From Eubacteriales bacterium (GTDB lineage Bacteria; Bacillota; Clostridia; Oscillospirales; CAG-272), in contig JBGVMO010000023.1 of assembly GCA_045124835.1 (NCBI GenBank), positions 1 through 45,775 on the forward strand: 45,775 nucleotides of DNA. The letters are read 5' to 3'. The notes beneath the pieces are model-generated. The model saw nothing but the letters and a program-made list of their open reading frames with translations. It had not been told where the DNA came from and searched no databases. The number at the start of each line of letters is the position of its first letter. Within the stretch, counting starts at the first letter, position 1. This document shows positions 1 to 8,702 of this stretch, piece by piece. Both the position numbers and the translations under genes were made by a program.

Positions 1-39
1 GCGCCCTTCTCGGCCTATCTGACGCCCGGCCGCTTTTAA
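1..39 (+). CDS. 3' end of a gene entering from the left (…APFSAYLTPGRF*), product unknown
   Basis: Frame 1 is open to TAA at 37-39 and is followed by a terminator-like hairpin; too short to identify. Confidence 0.35.
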   Translation, partial: APFSAYLTPGRF

Positions 40-49
40 CTGAAGCTTC

Positions 50-99
50 AAAAAACGAAGAGCAAGAACGGAGGAACGTCCTCGTGTTCTTGCTCTTTT
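50..99. terminator. Bidirectional rho-independent terminator
   Basis: Stem AAGAGCAAGAAC (58-69) / GTTCTTGCTCTT (86-97) with an inner GAGGA/TCCTC pair; A-tract on the left, T-tract on the right; downstream of the GH127 gene on the minus strand. Confidence 0.8.
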
Positions 100-137
100 A
101 TGTTTTTGCTTGATTGATGCCGCTTCGAAAGCCAACG

Positions 138-1949
138 TCAAATCAGCGGAAGCTCCGTTATACGAAGCTTGGCACAGCCATACGGATACAGCTCTACCGT
201 CTTTTCCTCAGAAAGCGGCAGGCGGCTTTCGGGCACCTTGGCGCAAACGGTATCAAAGCCGTCCTCAAGGCCCCACGCGATTTTTCTGACCGCCGCCTTT
301 ATAACAACGGGCGGTGTTTGCGAGCTGAAGGGGCAATCGGAGATTTCCCGTTGCTCCACCGAGAAAAAGGGAGAGGCGAGGGCATAGCTCCATTCGGACG
401 TCGGGATATATTCATAATCGCAATAGGGGTATTTTCTTTCCACGCCGTTTCGCTCGTATTCGTGTATTTTCTTTTCGTAGGAAATCGGTAACGAGAAAAC
501 GAGAGAGCCGCACTTAACGCTCTTCAAGCCATAGGGCCTATCAACGAGCGTTGGCTCGACGTTAAAGGTTATCTCGATTTTTCTTTGCTCATTGGCCGCA
601 ATGGCGAAGGAAAGCTCCTTGCAAGCGGCAACGGGCGCGCCGTCAACGCAAAGGCCTTGGGCAAAGGAGGGGATTCTGACCTTAAAGCAAATAGGCCTTT
701 GTGCCTTTACCGTATACGAAAGATGATTTTTAAAGGGGTACTCTGTTTGTAGCGTAATTTCCACGCCCTCTGCTTTCAGGGCGGCAGGAATGGGCAGAGC
801 AGAAAGCACGGTGTCGCCCTTATGCATAAAGGCAGAAAGCGCAAGCTTGGGCCAGCCCTGATTGAAGTTTGCCGTACAGCAGCCATAGTTTGGCTCTAAG
901 CCGAAAAGGTGCGCTTCTCCGTTATTCGTGCGGAAAACGGGCTTATTGGGGAAGCTTTGGCAGGCTATCTGGTTGCTCATCTGCACGTACTGGTGCGCCC
1001 ACATATCGTCGCTGATGGTGGCAGGAAGGGCGTTAAAGGCAAGCATTTCCAAGCGCTCAGCCCATTTGCTATCTCCCGTATAGGCATAGAGAAGCTCATA
1101 GGAATACATTTGCTCGACAACGGCGCAAAGCTCCGTTCCCTGTATGGCGCTCAGTCCGGAAAGGCACTCGTCTCCCGTGAAAAGCCCAACGGGCGTGCCG
1201 TTATATTTTTCTAAAACCGTCAAAAGCCGCTCGGCCGCGTCCGTATAGGGTTGGCCAAGCAAATCACAGCTGACTGCCTCGTGCTTAAGCATCATCGCGA
1301 TATTGACGATGTGCGTTTCCTGCGACCATTTATTCAAGGGGCGCTTCCATTTCGGCATCAGGCTCTCATAGTCCGTTCCCTCGGCCTTTACGATAACCGC
1401 AAGCTCCGAAATCCAAGGCTCATCGTACCTTTCGCGAAGAAAATTGAGGGAAATAAAAAGCTCGAACCAACGCGCGCGCCCCCACTCAAAGAGAGAAATT
1501 CTCCCACTTTTAAGCAAGGCGTGATAGTTTTTCAGCACCCGATACACAGCCTCGGGGATTCTTTCGTCTCTTGCGCACTCGTAATAGACAACCAAGACCT
1601 TGGCTATCAGCTGCACGGCCCAAGTATCGTATCCTTCAATTTCCTCTTCCGCGCAGGGACAAATCCAACCGCTTGGCTTCTGATAAGAAAGAATGGCGTT
1701 AACGTACCGCTTGGCCCTTGCTATCAAATCCTCGTTTTCCAATAGATACGCAAGCGGGATAAAGCCGTCAAGCCAATAGGGCACTCTTTCCCAGCCCTCT
1801 GCCTCGCCGCCTATCCACGCGCTGTCTCTGACGTCGCGCCAAACCTTATCCAGATTGCCGCTAAGCCCCTCTGCCTGTATTTCAAGCTGGCGGCGAAGCC
1901 ACCCACTTGGGCAAATTTCCCTTGCGGTATATAAATCCCATTTTCCCAT
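138..1949 (-). CDS. GH127/GH146-like cysteine glycosidase (beta-L-arabinofuranosidase family), cytoplasmic
   Basis: Motifs P.GWL..QL, GWERVPYWLDG, TGDE, GTELCAVVE and YGCCTANFNQGWPK (Zn-binding Glu/Cys/Cys-Cys set of HypBA1-type enzymes); C-terminal L.PYGCAKLRITELP; no signal peptide. Confidence 0.88.
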   Translation of the reverse strand: MGKWDLYTAREICPSGWLRRQLEIQAEGLSGNLDKVWRDVRDSAWIGGEAEGWERVPYWLDGFIPLAYLLENEDLIARAKRYVNAILSYQKPSGWICPCAEEEIEGYDTWAVQLIAKVLVVYYECARDERIPEAVYRVLKNYHALLKSGRISLFEWGRARWFELFISLNFLRERYDEPWISELAVIVKAEGTDYESLMPKWKRPLNKWSQETHIVNIAMMLKHEAVSCDLLGQPYTDAAERLLTVLEKYNGTPVGLFTGDECLSGLSAIQGTELCAVVEQMYSYELLYAYTGDSKWAERLEMLAFNALPATISDDMWAHQYVQMSNQIACQSFPNKPVFRTNNGEAHLFGLEPNYGCCTANFNQGWPKLALSAFMHKGDTVLSALPIPAALKAEGVEITLQTEYPFKNHLSYTVKAQRPICFKVRIPSFAQGLCVDGAPVAACKELSFAIAANEQRKIEITFNVEPTLVDRPYGLKSVKCGSLVFSLPISYEKKIHEYERNGVERKYPYCDYEYIPTSEWSYALASPFFSVEQREISDCPFSSQTPPVVIKAAVRKIAWGLEDGFDTVCAKVPESRLPLSEEKTVELYPYGCAKLRITELPLI

Positions 1950-1974
1950 TGCTTTTTCCTTTCCTTAGCGTCTC

Positions 1975-3993
1975 TTACGCCATAAATTCCGTGCGACTGA
2001 TAATGTGGTTCTGAAATTCCGTATCCAGATCAACAAAGTAGCCGCTCCAGCCCCATACTCTGACTATCAGATTTTTGTGCGCCTCGGGATGCTTTTGCGC
2101 GTCAAGCAAAGCCTCTCTGTTGATGGCGTTCAGCTGTAGCTGATGGCCACCAAGCGTTATAAACGCCTTGACAAGCGCGGCGACCTTCTTGACCCCCTCC
2201 TCGTTTCTGAAAACGGAATCGTGGATTTCCATAGTAAGAGGGCCACCGTTAATCACCCTTGTAAAATCCTGCTTTGTAAAGGATTGTATACAGGACAAGG
2301 GGCCGCTTAGTCTTGCCGTTGGTGAGGGCGAAAAGCTCGAACCGAAGGGCTCACCCTTGCGTCTTCCGTCTGCCGTGGCACCGACCTTGGCACCCTGATA
2401 GAGATATTCCATGGCGCTTCCCGTTCCGGCGCGCAAGACGCCGCCGTGAAGATTTTTGTACTGTGCAAAGACGTCTGCAAAAATTTGCATCAGCATATCG
2501 GCATAAACGTCTGCCTCGTCATCGTTATTGCCCATTTTGGAGCAGGAAAGAAGATACTGTCGAAGCGCGCTATGCCCTTCAAAATTATCCTTGATGGCCA
2601 AAATAAGCTCCTCGGGGGTGCATCTTTTTTCGTCAAAAACTGCCTTCTTTAGCGCCGCAATGGCATCTGCGGCGGAGGAAATGCCCACGCCGTGCGCGCC
2701 GTAATTGTTGTATTTGGCGCCGCCCTCGGAAACGTCAAGCCCGCGCTCGATACAGCCGTCAACAAACACCGAAAGATAGGGAGAGAGCCCTTGCGTTTTG
2801 TTTATCATTCCCTCGGCAACACATCTGCACTCCGCTTCAACGGAGGCCTTTACCTCCTCCAAAAACGCCGCAAAGTCGGTGCAAGCAGAAAGGCAGCCGT
2901 TGACAACCCGTTCTACCGCAAGCGGAAAGTTGACTGCGGAAAAATTGGGAATATCGAAGGCGTTTCCCGGAACGATAAATTCCCAGCAAGCAGCGACCGT
3001 ATAATCGTAGGCGTCCTTAGGCTCATATCCAAGTCCAAGCAGACCGGGGATAACGACGTCATCGTTATTATACTGCGGAAAGCCAAGTCCCTTGGCCGTC
3101 AGGGCGGAGGCGAGAATCAGCCGCTCAAGCGGCGTTTCCTTATCCACACGAAGATTGATTTTCGGGTCTATCAGGCAAAGCTCAGTGGAGGCGCGAAGGC
3201 ACAGCTCGGAAAGGAGATTGTATCTATCCCTCCCGTCAAGGTCGCGTCCGCCAAGCACCATACTCATTCCGTTATCGCCCTTTTGAATACCGAAATAGGT
3301 ATCCGAATCCAAATTGAGCGTGATAAAAAAGTCCTCAAGCAATTCAAAGAGCGCCTCCTCGCTGACGCCGCGCGCAAGGTCGGCCTCAAAATACGGAAGC
3401 ATATATTTATCAAAGCCACCAAGGGTGACGTGCGCGTTACGGTTGCTGCGCAGGGTGAACTGAATGAATTTTAAAAATATCAGCGCCTGATGAAAGCTTT
3501 CGGCCGGGCGACGCGGAACGGTTAAAAGCGCTTGGTAAAGCTGCTCGTTCCCCTCGGCCTTGGCCCTCTCGCGATATTTATCCGCAAGAGCAAGGCTTCC
3601 CTCTATGCCGTCAAGCATAGCTGCGTATAGCTCCTTTTTTCTTTCATCCTTGCACACTGCAAGCTTATCCTTGACGCGCAAAAGAACGGCGTCCATCCCG
3701 ACGGAAAGAATATAGGGATAATCGGGTGTAATATTGCCCGTTGAATTTTTGAAGGTGCGCGCACCGCATTCGCCCTCGGGCGTGCTTGCCACACTTCTGT
3801 TAAAGCCAAAGCTGTCATCCTCAAACAGAACGGGCTCCTCCGCATCCAGCATATAACGCAAAAGATATTGATGAATATATATTTCACTCGTTCCCTCAGG
3901 AAAGGTGATAAGAGGCTTGTCAATTGGCTTTCTTTTGGCCTTGTAGGCACCGTTTTTGAGAAAGGCAAGCTTTTTTTGTATTCGTTCTGTCAT
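1975..3993 (-). CDS. Glycyl radical enzyme (PFL superfamily), uncharacterised subclass
   Basis: C-terminal Gly loop HKNLIVRVWGWSGYF, QLQLN motif, single-Cys loop TVAACWEF, ATADGR..GEP motif; RBS AAGGAGG; directly downstream of an activase. Confidence 0.93.
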   Translation of the reverse strand: MTERIQKKLAFLKNGAYKAKRKPIDKPLITFPEGTSEIYIHQYLLRYMLDAEEPVLFEDDSFGFNRSVASTPEGECGARTFKNSTGNITPDYPYILSVGMDAVLLRVKDKLAVCKDERKKELYAAMLDGIEGSLALADKYRERAKAEGNEQLYQALLTVPRRPAESFHQALIFLKFIQFTLRSNRNAHVTLGGFDKYMLPYFEADLARGVSEEALFELLEDFFITLNLDSDTYFGIQKGDNGMSMVLGGRDLDGRDRYNLLSELCLRASTELCLIDPKINLRVDKETPLERLILASALTAKGLGFPQYNNDDVVIPGLLGLGYEPKDAYDYTVAACWEFIVPGNAFDIPNFSAVNFPLAVERVVNGCLSACTDFAAFLEEVKASVEAECRCVAEGMINKTQGLSPYLSVFVDGCIERGLDVSEGGAKYNNYGAHGVGISSAADAIAALKKAVFDEKRCTPEELILAIKDNFEGHSALRQYLLSCSKMGNNDDEADVYADMLMQIFADVFAQYKNLHGGVLRAGTGSAMEYLYQGAKVGATADGRRKGEPFGSSFSPSPTARLSGPLSCIQSFTKQDFTRVINGGPLTMEIHDSVFRNEEGVKKVAALVKAFITLGGHQLQLNAINREALLDAQKHPEAHKNLIVRVWGWSGYFVDLDTEFQNHIISRTEFMA

Positions 3994-4005
3994 AAGAAGG
4001 CCTCC

Positions 4006-4857
4006 TTAAAGGATTTTAACTTGTATGCCGTACGCACCAAAGAGCGCTTCGCGACTTTCTACGGGCGCTGACCCATCAAACGAAGGGGCGTACTCCCTTC
4101 CTACAAGCTTGTATTTGGCACCTGCCAGCCTGTTATACGGCAAAAGCTCCGCATAATAAACGCCGTTTTCGGCAAGAAGCGAGGCGAGAAGGCGAAGGTT
4201 CTCCTCCGTATCCGTCACGCGCGGAATCAGCGGCACGCGGATAACGAAGGCTCTTTCGCTTTTGGCAAGCGTTTTGAAATTTTCAAGAATGGGGACTACC
4301 GAAGCACCCGTATATTTTTGGTGCAAGGCCTCGTTAATAAGCTTCAGGTCGAAAAGCATATAGTCACAGTTATCAAGCACCGCTTGAAACACCGCAGAAT
4401 CGCAATACCCCGAGGTTTGCACCGCGCGATGCGTTTTTCCTTCTAAAAGGGCAAGGCTGTCAAGCAGAAAGTCGGGGCTTGCCGTCGGCTCGCCGCCCGA
4501 AAAGGTGACGCCGCCGCCCGAAGCATTGAGTATCGGAAGATTTTTTTGCAGCTTATCCAAAAGTGCTTGGGGCGTATATTCCACAGCGGCATAACGGAGC
4601 AAGCCCTGCGGACACGCCTCTATGCTCGCTTGGGTGAAGAGAAGGCGACCGTTTTCGTTTTTGGCCTCCCGCTCACAAGCACCGCAGGAAAGGCAGCCGT
4701 TCGGTGCGCGAAGCACCTGATTTTGAAACGCTTGCCCCTCGGGATTGTGACACCACTCACAGCGCAAGGGACAGCCCTTCAAAAAGACCGTGGTTCGTAT
4801 ACCCGGGCCATCGAAAACCGAAAACTCCTCAATGGCAAACACAAGACCCTTCTTCAT
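4006..4857 (-). CDS. Glycyl-radical enzyme activating enzyme (radical SAM)
   Basis: DGPGIRTTVFLKGCPLRCEWCHNPE (CX3CX2C), ferredoxin-like insert CLSCGAC…ACP, GGVTFSGGEP, LLPYN. Start moved to ATG 4857 ([11 protein letters not shown]). Confidence 0.95.
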   Translation of the reverse strand: MKKGLVFAIEEFSVFDGPGIRTTVFLKGCPLRCEWCHNPEGQAFQNQVLRAPNGCLSCGACEREAKNENGRLLFTQASIEACPQGLLRYAAVEYTPQALLDKLQKNLPILNASGGGVTFSGGEPTASPDFLLDSLALLEGKTHRAVQTSGYCDSAVFQAVLDNCDYMLFDLKLINEALHQKYTGASVVPILENFKTLAKSERAFVIRVPLIPRVTDTEENLRLLASLLAENGVYYAELLPYNRLAGAKYKLVGREYAPSFDGSAPVESREALFGAYGIQVKIL

Positions 4858-4882
4858 TTCCCTCTCCCTTCCTTTTATTTTC

Positions 4883-4929
4883 ATTTTATCACAACCCCAT
4901 TGACAGATACAAGTGTTTTGTTGTATAAT
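4883..4929. promoter_or_regulatory. Overlapping divergent sigma-A-like promoters (araC on +, GRE operon on -)
   Basis: Plus strand: TTGACA (4900-4905) N18 TATAAT (4924-4929). Minus strand: TTGTAT (4907-4912) N18 TAAAAT (4883-4888) with an extended -10 TG. Confidence 0.6.
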
Positions 4930-4961
4930 TATGGCAGTAATTTGTCTTTTCGGAGGAAAAT

Positions 4962-5759
4962 ATGCCTGTTTTTCACCAACCGCACAACTCTATGGGAAAC
5001 CACGCCTACAATGTTTACATATACGAGGGTGTAGATTACGACCTGCATTTTCACAAAAACCACGAGGTAATTTACGTGATAAAGGGCGAGGCACTTTGCA
5101 CCGTGAACGGTCAAACGAAGCGCTTATGCGAGGGTGACTTTGCCTTTTGCCTCTCCAACGAGGTACACGCCATCAAATCCGAGAGCGGCCGCGTTTGGAT
5201 AGGTGTTTTTTCGGAGGATTTCATTCACGAATTCAAAAAGCACCGAGGCGGAAGAACAGGCAGCGACTTTTCCTTCCGCTGTGAAGAGAGCATCATGCGC
5301 TTTCTTTCAGAGAATCTGATTAAAGAGACCCTTTCGGACGTTTTTATCATTAAGGCCTGCCTTTACGCCTTGTGCAGTGAGTATCTGCGACAAATAACGC
5401 TGAAAGAAAAAACAGACCGCCATACAGCCTTAATGGGCGACATCGTCTCTTATATTGAAGAAAATTACAAGCGCGATATTGCTCTTGCGGAGCTTGCCGA
5501 GGCGCTTGGATACGAATACTTTTATTTTTCAAAAATTTTCAACCGTCTTTTTTCCATGAGCTTTAACGATTATATCAATTTATACCGCTTTAACGAGGCC
5601 TGTCTTTTGCTGACCGAAACGGATTTAACGGTTGCAAAAATAGCGAGCACGAGCGGCTTTAAGAGCATTCGTAGCTTCAACTATATATTCAAGAAGCTTG
5701 CAGGCACCTCTCCGCGCGAGTACAAAAGAGGACGTTTTTCCACGCAAAGCAGAAGCTGA
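4962..5759 (+). CDS. AraC family transcriptional regulator with N-terminal cupin domain
   Basis: Cupin LHFHKNHE…H; C-terminal double HTH (LAELAEALGYEYFYFSKIF…GFKSIRSFNYIFKKLAGTSPREYK); RBS GGAGG. Confidence 0.95.
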   Translation: MPVFHQPHNSMGNHAYNVYIYEGVDYDLHFHKNHEVIYVIKGEALCTVNGQTKRLCEGDFAFCLSNEVHAIKSESGRVWIGVFSEDFIHEFKKHRGGRTGSDFSFRCEESIMRFLSENLIKETLSDVFIIKACLYALCSEYLRQITLKEKTDRHTALMGDIVSYIEENYKRDIALAELAEALGYEYFYFSKIFNRLFSMSFNDYINLYRFNEACLLLTETDLTVAKIASTSGFKSIRSFNYIFKKLAGTSPREYKRGRFSTQSRS

Positions 5760-5844
5760 GGGGAGAGCCTTGCCCTGCCCTAACGCCGAGATTGCCGCGC
5801 GCCTTTTCTTTTGTTTTTCCTTTTGATTAAATTCCAAAAAGGCC

Positions 5845-5873
5845 TTGCTTTTTATGGGCTTATATGCTATGAT
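5845..5873 (+). promoter_or_regulatory. Sigma-A-like promoter for the M81-M24 pair
   Basis: TTGCTT N17 TATGAT with TG extension. Confidence 0.55.
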
Positions 5874-5965
5874 AGGTATGCTGAGCTTTATCCTGTAAAA
5901 CGGATGGCAAAGGCAAATAAGGCAAAAGAAAAGGGCCTTCGGAAATTGAAGGCTGGGTGGCAGTT

Positions 5966-7357
5966 ATGAAGGTTTTGGTGGCCTCCTTCCAATGTGAATC
6001 CAACAGTCGCGCCTCTTACCATCCGCAAAAAGAGGATTTTGAATATTTCAAGGGCGAGGATATTTTTAAAAAGCTTGCCGTTAAAGATATTTTCCTGCAA
6101 AACGGTATTACGCCCATTCCCACCGTTTACGCGGTGGCGCTTCCCTCGGGAACGGTGGAAAGAGACATTTACGAGGGCTACAAGGAAGAGATTATGGAGA
6201 TTGTCCGTCAGCATCCCGATGCAGACGGCGTATATATTTTCTTTCACGGCAGTATGGAGGTTGACGAAATTGGCTCGGGCGAGCTGTATCTTTTGAAGGA
6301 AATCAAAAGGGTCGTATCAAAGGACTGCCTGATTTCCGTCAGTCTTGACGCACACGCCAACATTACCGACGAATTGACTGATTACGCCGATATTATCAGC
6401 GGCTTCAAGACGGTGCCGCACACCGATCAGGTGGCCTGTCAGGAGCGCGCGGCACGCGCACTTTGCACCTGCCTGAAGGAGAAAATCCGTCCTTATTCCT
6501 ACACACAAAGAGTGCCCTTCCTTTTGAAAAACGATACGCTGCTTACAGCCTATGAGCCGCTGAAATCCCTGATTGCCGAAACCTATTCCCTTGAGGAAAG
6601 GGAGGACGTTTTTACCGCCAACCTGTTTTTAGGCCACTGCTGGATTGACGCGCCCAACACCGCCGCATCGACCGTTGTGACGGCGAAAAGCAAGGCAGAG
6701 GCAGAAAAAATTGCCAAGCACCTTGCAAACGAGCTTTGGGCAACCAGACGCGACTATAAGTTTTTAATTGAGGCCGAAGCCCCCGAGGAATGCGTCAACC
6801 GCGCCATTCTGGGCAAAGAGGGCCGCATCTTTATTACCGACAGCGGAGACAACACCACCGCGGGCGCAGAGGGCGATACCACGGGCATTTTAGAGCTTTT
6901 CTTGGAGAAGGCACCCAAGAAAAAAACCTGCGTTGCGGGCATCACCGATTACGAGACAGTCAACGCCTTCTGGAATGAGAAGGACGGGGCGGAGGTTTAC
7001 ATAGAGAAATTCGGTGTCAAGGGCGTTATCAAGGCACACGGCGAGATTCTCGGCTGGACCAAGGAAATCATCGGTAAGAGCCTTGCCATCTCCTTCGGGG
7101 AGGTTGACGCGGTGTTTACCGAATACAGAAGCGCCTTTATTGAAAAGGGCAATTTTGACGTGGCAGGTATCGATCTTCTTTCCTACCGCATCGTCGTTGT
7201 CAAGCTTGGTTATCTCTTCACGGAGCTGAAGCCCTTTGCAGACAGAGAGCTGTTTGCCCTGTCGGACGGCGCCAGCTGCGTTGAGCTTGAGCGCTTGAAC
7301 CTCAAGCGCATCGTCCGCCCTATGTTCCCCTTGGACGATTTTGATTTTAAGGCTTAA
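5966..7357 (+). CDS. M81 family (MlrC-like) metallohydrolase
   Basis: Motifs CESNS, FHGSM, SLDAHAN, FKTVPHTD, DSGDN..AG..GD, VVKLGYL, C-terminal RPMFPLD. Start probably ATG 5966 (alternative GTG 5957). Confidence 0.87.
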   Translation: MKVLVASFQCESNSRASYHPQKEDFEYFKGEDIFKKLAVKDIFLQNGITPIPTVYAVALPSGTVERDIYEGYKEEIMEIVRQHPDADGVYIFFHGSMEVDEIGSGELYLLKEIKRVVSKDCLISVSLDAHANITDELTDYADIISGFKTVPHTDQVACQERAARALCTCLKEKIRPYSYTQRVPFLLKNDTLLTAYEPLKSLIAETYSLEEREDVFTANLFLGHCWIDAPNTAASTVVTAKSKAEAEKIAKHLANELWATRRDYKFLIEAEAPEECVNRAILGKEGRIFITDSGDNTTAGAEGDTTGILELFLEKAPKKKTCVAGITDYETVNAFWNEKDGAEVYIEKFGVKGVIKAHGEILGWTKEIIGKSLAISFGEVDAVFTEYRSAFIEKGNFDVAGIDLLSYRIVVVKLGYLFTELKPFADRELFALSDGASCVELERLNLKRIVRPMFPLDDFDFKA

Positions 7358-7393
7358 TTTTTAAAAATACATACAGTTTACGGAGGAAAGACC

Positions 7394-8566
7394 ATGGCTT
7401 ATTACAACAAACAAGAAACCGAAGCACGCGTACAGAAGGTTGTTAAGCTTTTGAACGAGCAAGACACCGACATCGCCATCATCTATTTTGATGAGCTGAA
7501 CGTGGCAAACGGCTGGTATCTGACCGGCTGGTGCGGTCAGTTTGAGAAGGGCGCTGTTCTCGTTGGAAGAGACGGAACCACGATGCTTCTCGGCGGCCCC
7601 GAGAGCGAGCCCTTTGCAAAGCAGGACTCCGCAATCACCGACGTTAGATGCTTCCCCGTTTTCATGGTGCCCGACGAAGAATATCCCTTGGCCACTATCA
7701 TCAGCTTCAGCGAGCTGTTTGAGGAGCTGACCAAGAAGTTCCCCGTTAAGAAGGTTGGTCTGGTTGGCACCACCGATATGCCTTACGCCGTTCACGAGGA
7801 TTTGGTGAAGGGCTTTGCAGGCTGTGAGGTTGTGGATTTGACCGAGGAATACTTAAAGTTCCGTTACGTGAAGAGCGATTGGGAGGTTGAGCAGTGCCGC
7901 GAGGCTACTCGCTTGGCCTGCAAGGCCTACAAGGCAATGGCCGAGAAGGTCAAGGCCGGCAATAAGGAATACGAGGTTGCCGCCGCAGGTGAGGCCGTTT
8001 GCCGCGAGAACGGTGCTGACAGCTTCGCTTACAGAACCATCGTTGGTAGTGGCATTCGCTCCAACGCAGTCGTTCCCACCGCCACCAACAAGGTAATGGA
8101 AAACGGCGAAATGGTTATGCTGGGCATCGCGCCCCGTATCAACGGCTACGCCGGTACCTTTGGTCATACTGTTCCCGTTAGCGGTGAATACACCCCTGAG
8201 CAGAGAAAGTGCCTTATCGACATGATAGAGGTTATGAAGCTGACCAAGAGCATGCTCAAAATCGGCAACACGGGCAGAGAAATCGACGCTGTCGGCAGAG
8301 AGCTGTACGACAAGGGCGGCTATCTGCGCTATCTCGTTTGCCCCTTTGCACACACCATGGGCCTGATGGAAGCAGAGGCTCCCTTCTTTGGCCCCAACGG
8401 TGACGTTGCGCTTGAAAAGAATATGATTATCAACGTGGACGTGTCCTTCTTCGGTCACCCCACGCTCCATGGCTTGCGCGTTGAGACCTGCTACGTGATT
8501 ACCGAAAACGGTGCAGAGCCTCTTTGCCCCGAGTTTGAGGAAGAGCTTTTCAACTACGTTAAGTAA
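7394..8566 (+). CDS. M24 (pita-bread fold) protein, Xaa-Pro peptidase/creatinase-like, with non-canonical metal site
   Basis: Creatinase-type N domain (WYLTG), RYVKSDWEVE, EYEVAA, HTMGL..E.P, GLRVE; strong RBS GGAGG and highly biased codons. Confidence 0.85.
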   Translation: MAYYNKQETEARVQKVVKLLNEQDTDIAIIYFDELNVANGWYLTGWCGQFEKGAVLVGRDGTTMLLGGPESEPFAKQDSAITDVRCFPVFMVPDEEYPLATIISFSELFEELTKKFPVKKVGLVGTTDMPYAVHEDLVKGFAGCEVVDLTEEYLKFRYVKSDWEVEQCREATRLACKAYKAMAEKVKAGNKEYEVAAAGEAVCRENGADSFAYRTIVGSGIRSNAVVPTATNKVMENGEMVMLGIAPRINGYAGTFGHTVPVSGEYTPEQRKCLIDMIEVMKLTKSMLKIGNTGREIDAVGRELYDKGGYLRYLVCPFAHTMGLMEAEAPFFGPNGDVALEKNMIINVDVSFFGHPTLHGLRVETCYVITENGAEPLCPEFEEELFNYVK

Positions 8567-8578
8567 TGTTTACACTAT

Positions 8579-8610
8579 GGCCGCATCTGCCTTGGCAGGT
8601 GCGGCCTTTT
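8579..8610 (+). terminator. Rho-independent terminator
   Basis: GGCCGCATCTGCC-TT-GGCAGGTGCGGCC followed by TTTT. Confidence 0.85.
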
Positions 8611-8616
8611 ATTCTA

Positions 8617-8645
8617 TTGACTTTTTTCCTTTTTTGTACTACAAT
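8617..8645 (+). promoter_or_regulatory. Sigma-A-like promoter for the lipoprotein gene
   Basis: TTGACT N17 TACAAT. Confidence 0.6.
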
Positions 8646-8702
8646 AAGAACAGCGCTTCCTACAATAAAAAGCATCGCCAATGCGGTGCGAAAGGACAGA
8701 CT

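Noticed and set aside
1975-3993. Annotation as pyruvate formate-lyase (pflB) or choline TMA-lyase (cutC)
   Set aside because: It lacks the PFL Cys-Cys pair and the CutC GCVEP motif, and has no microcompartment context.
8511-8702. N-terminal extension of the lipoprotein given by the ORF track (similar over-extensions at 4884, 16933, 19663, 23193, 23206, 25070, 26065, 32664)
   Set aside because: The extensions cross terminators, promoters or neighbouring genes; downstream ATGs fit RBSs and family N-termini better.
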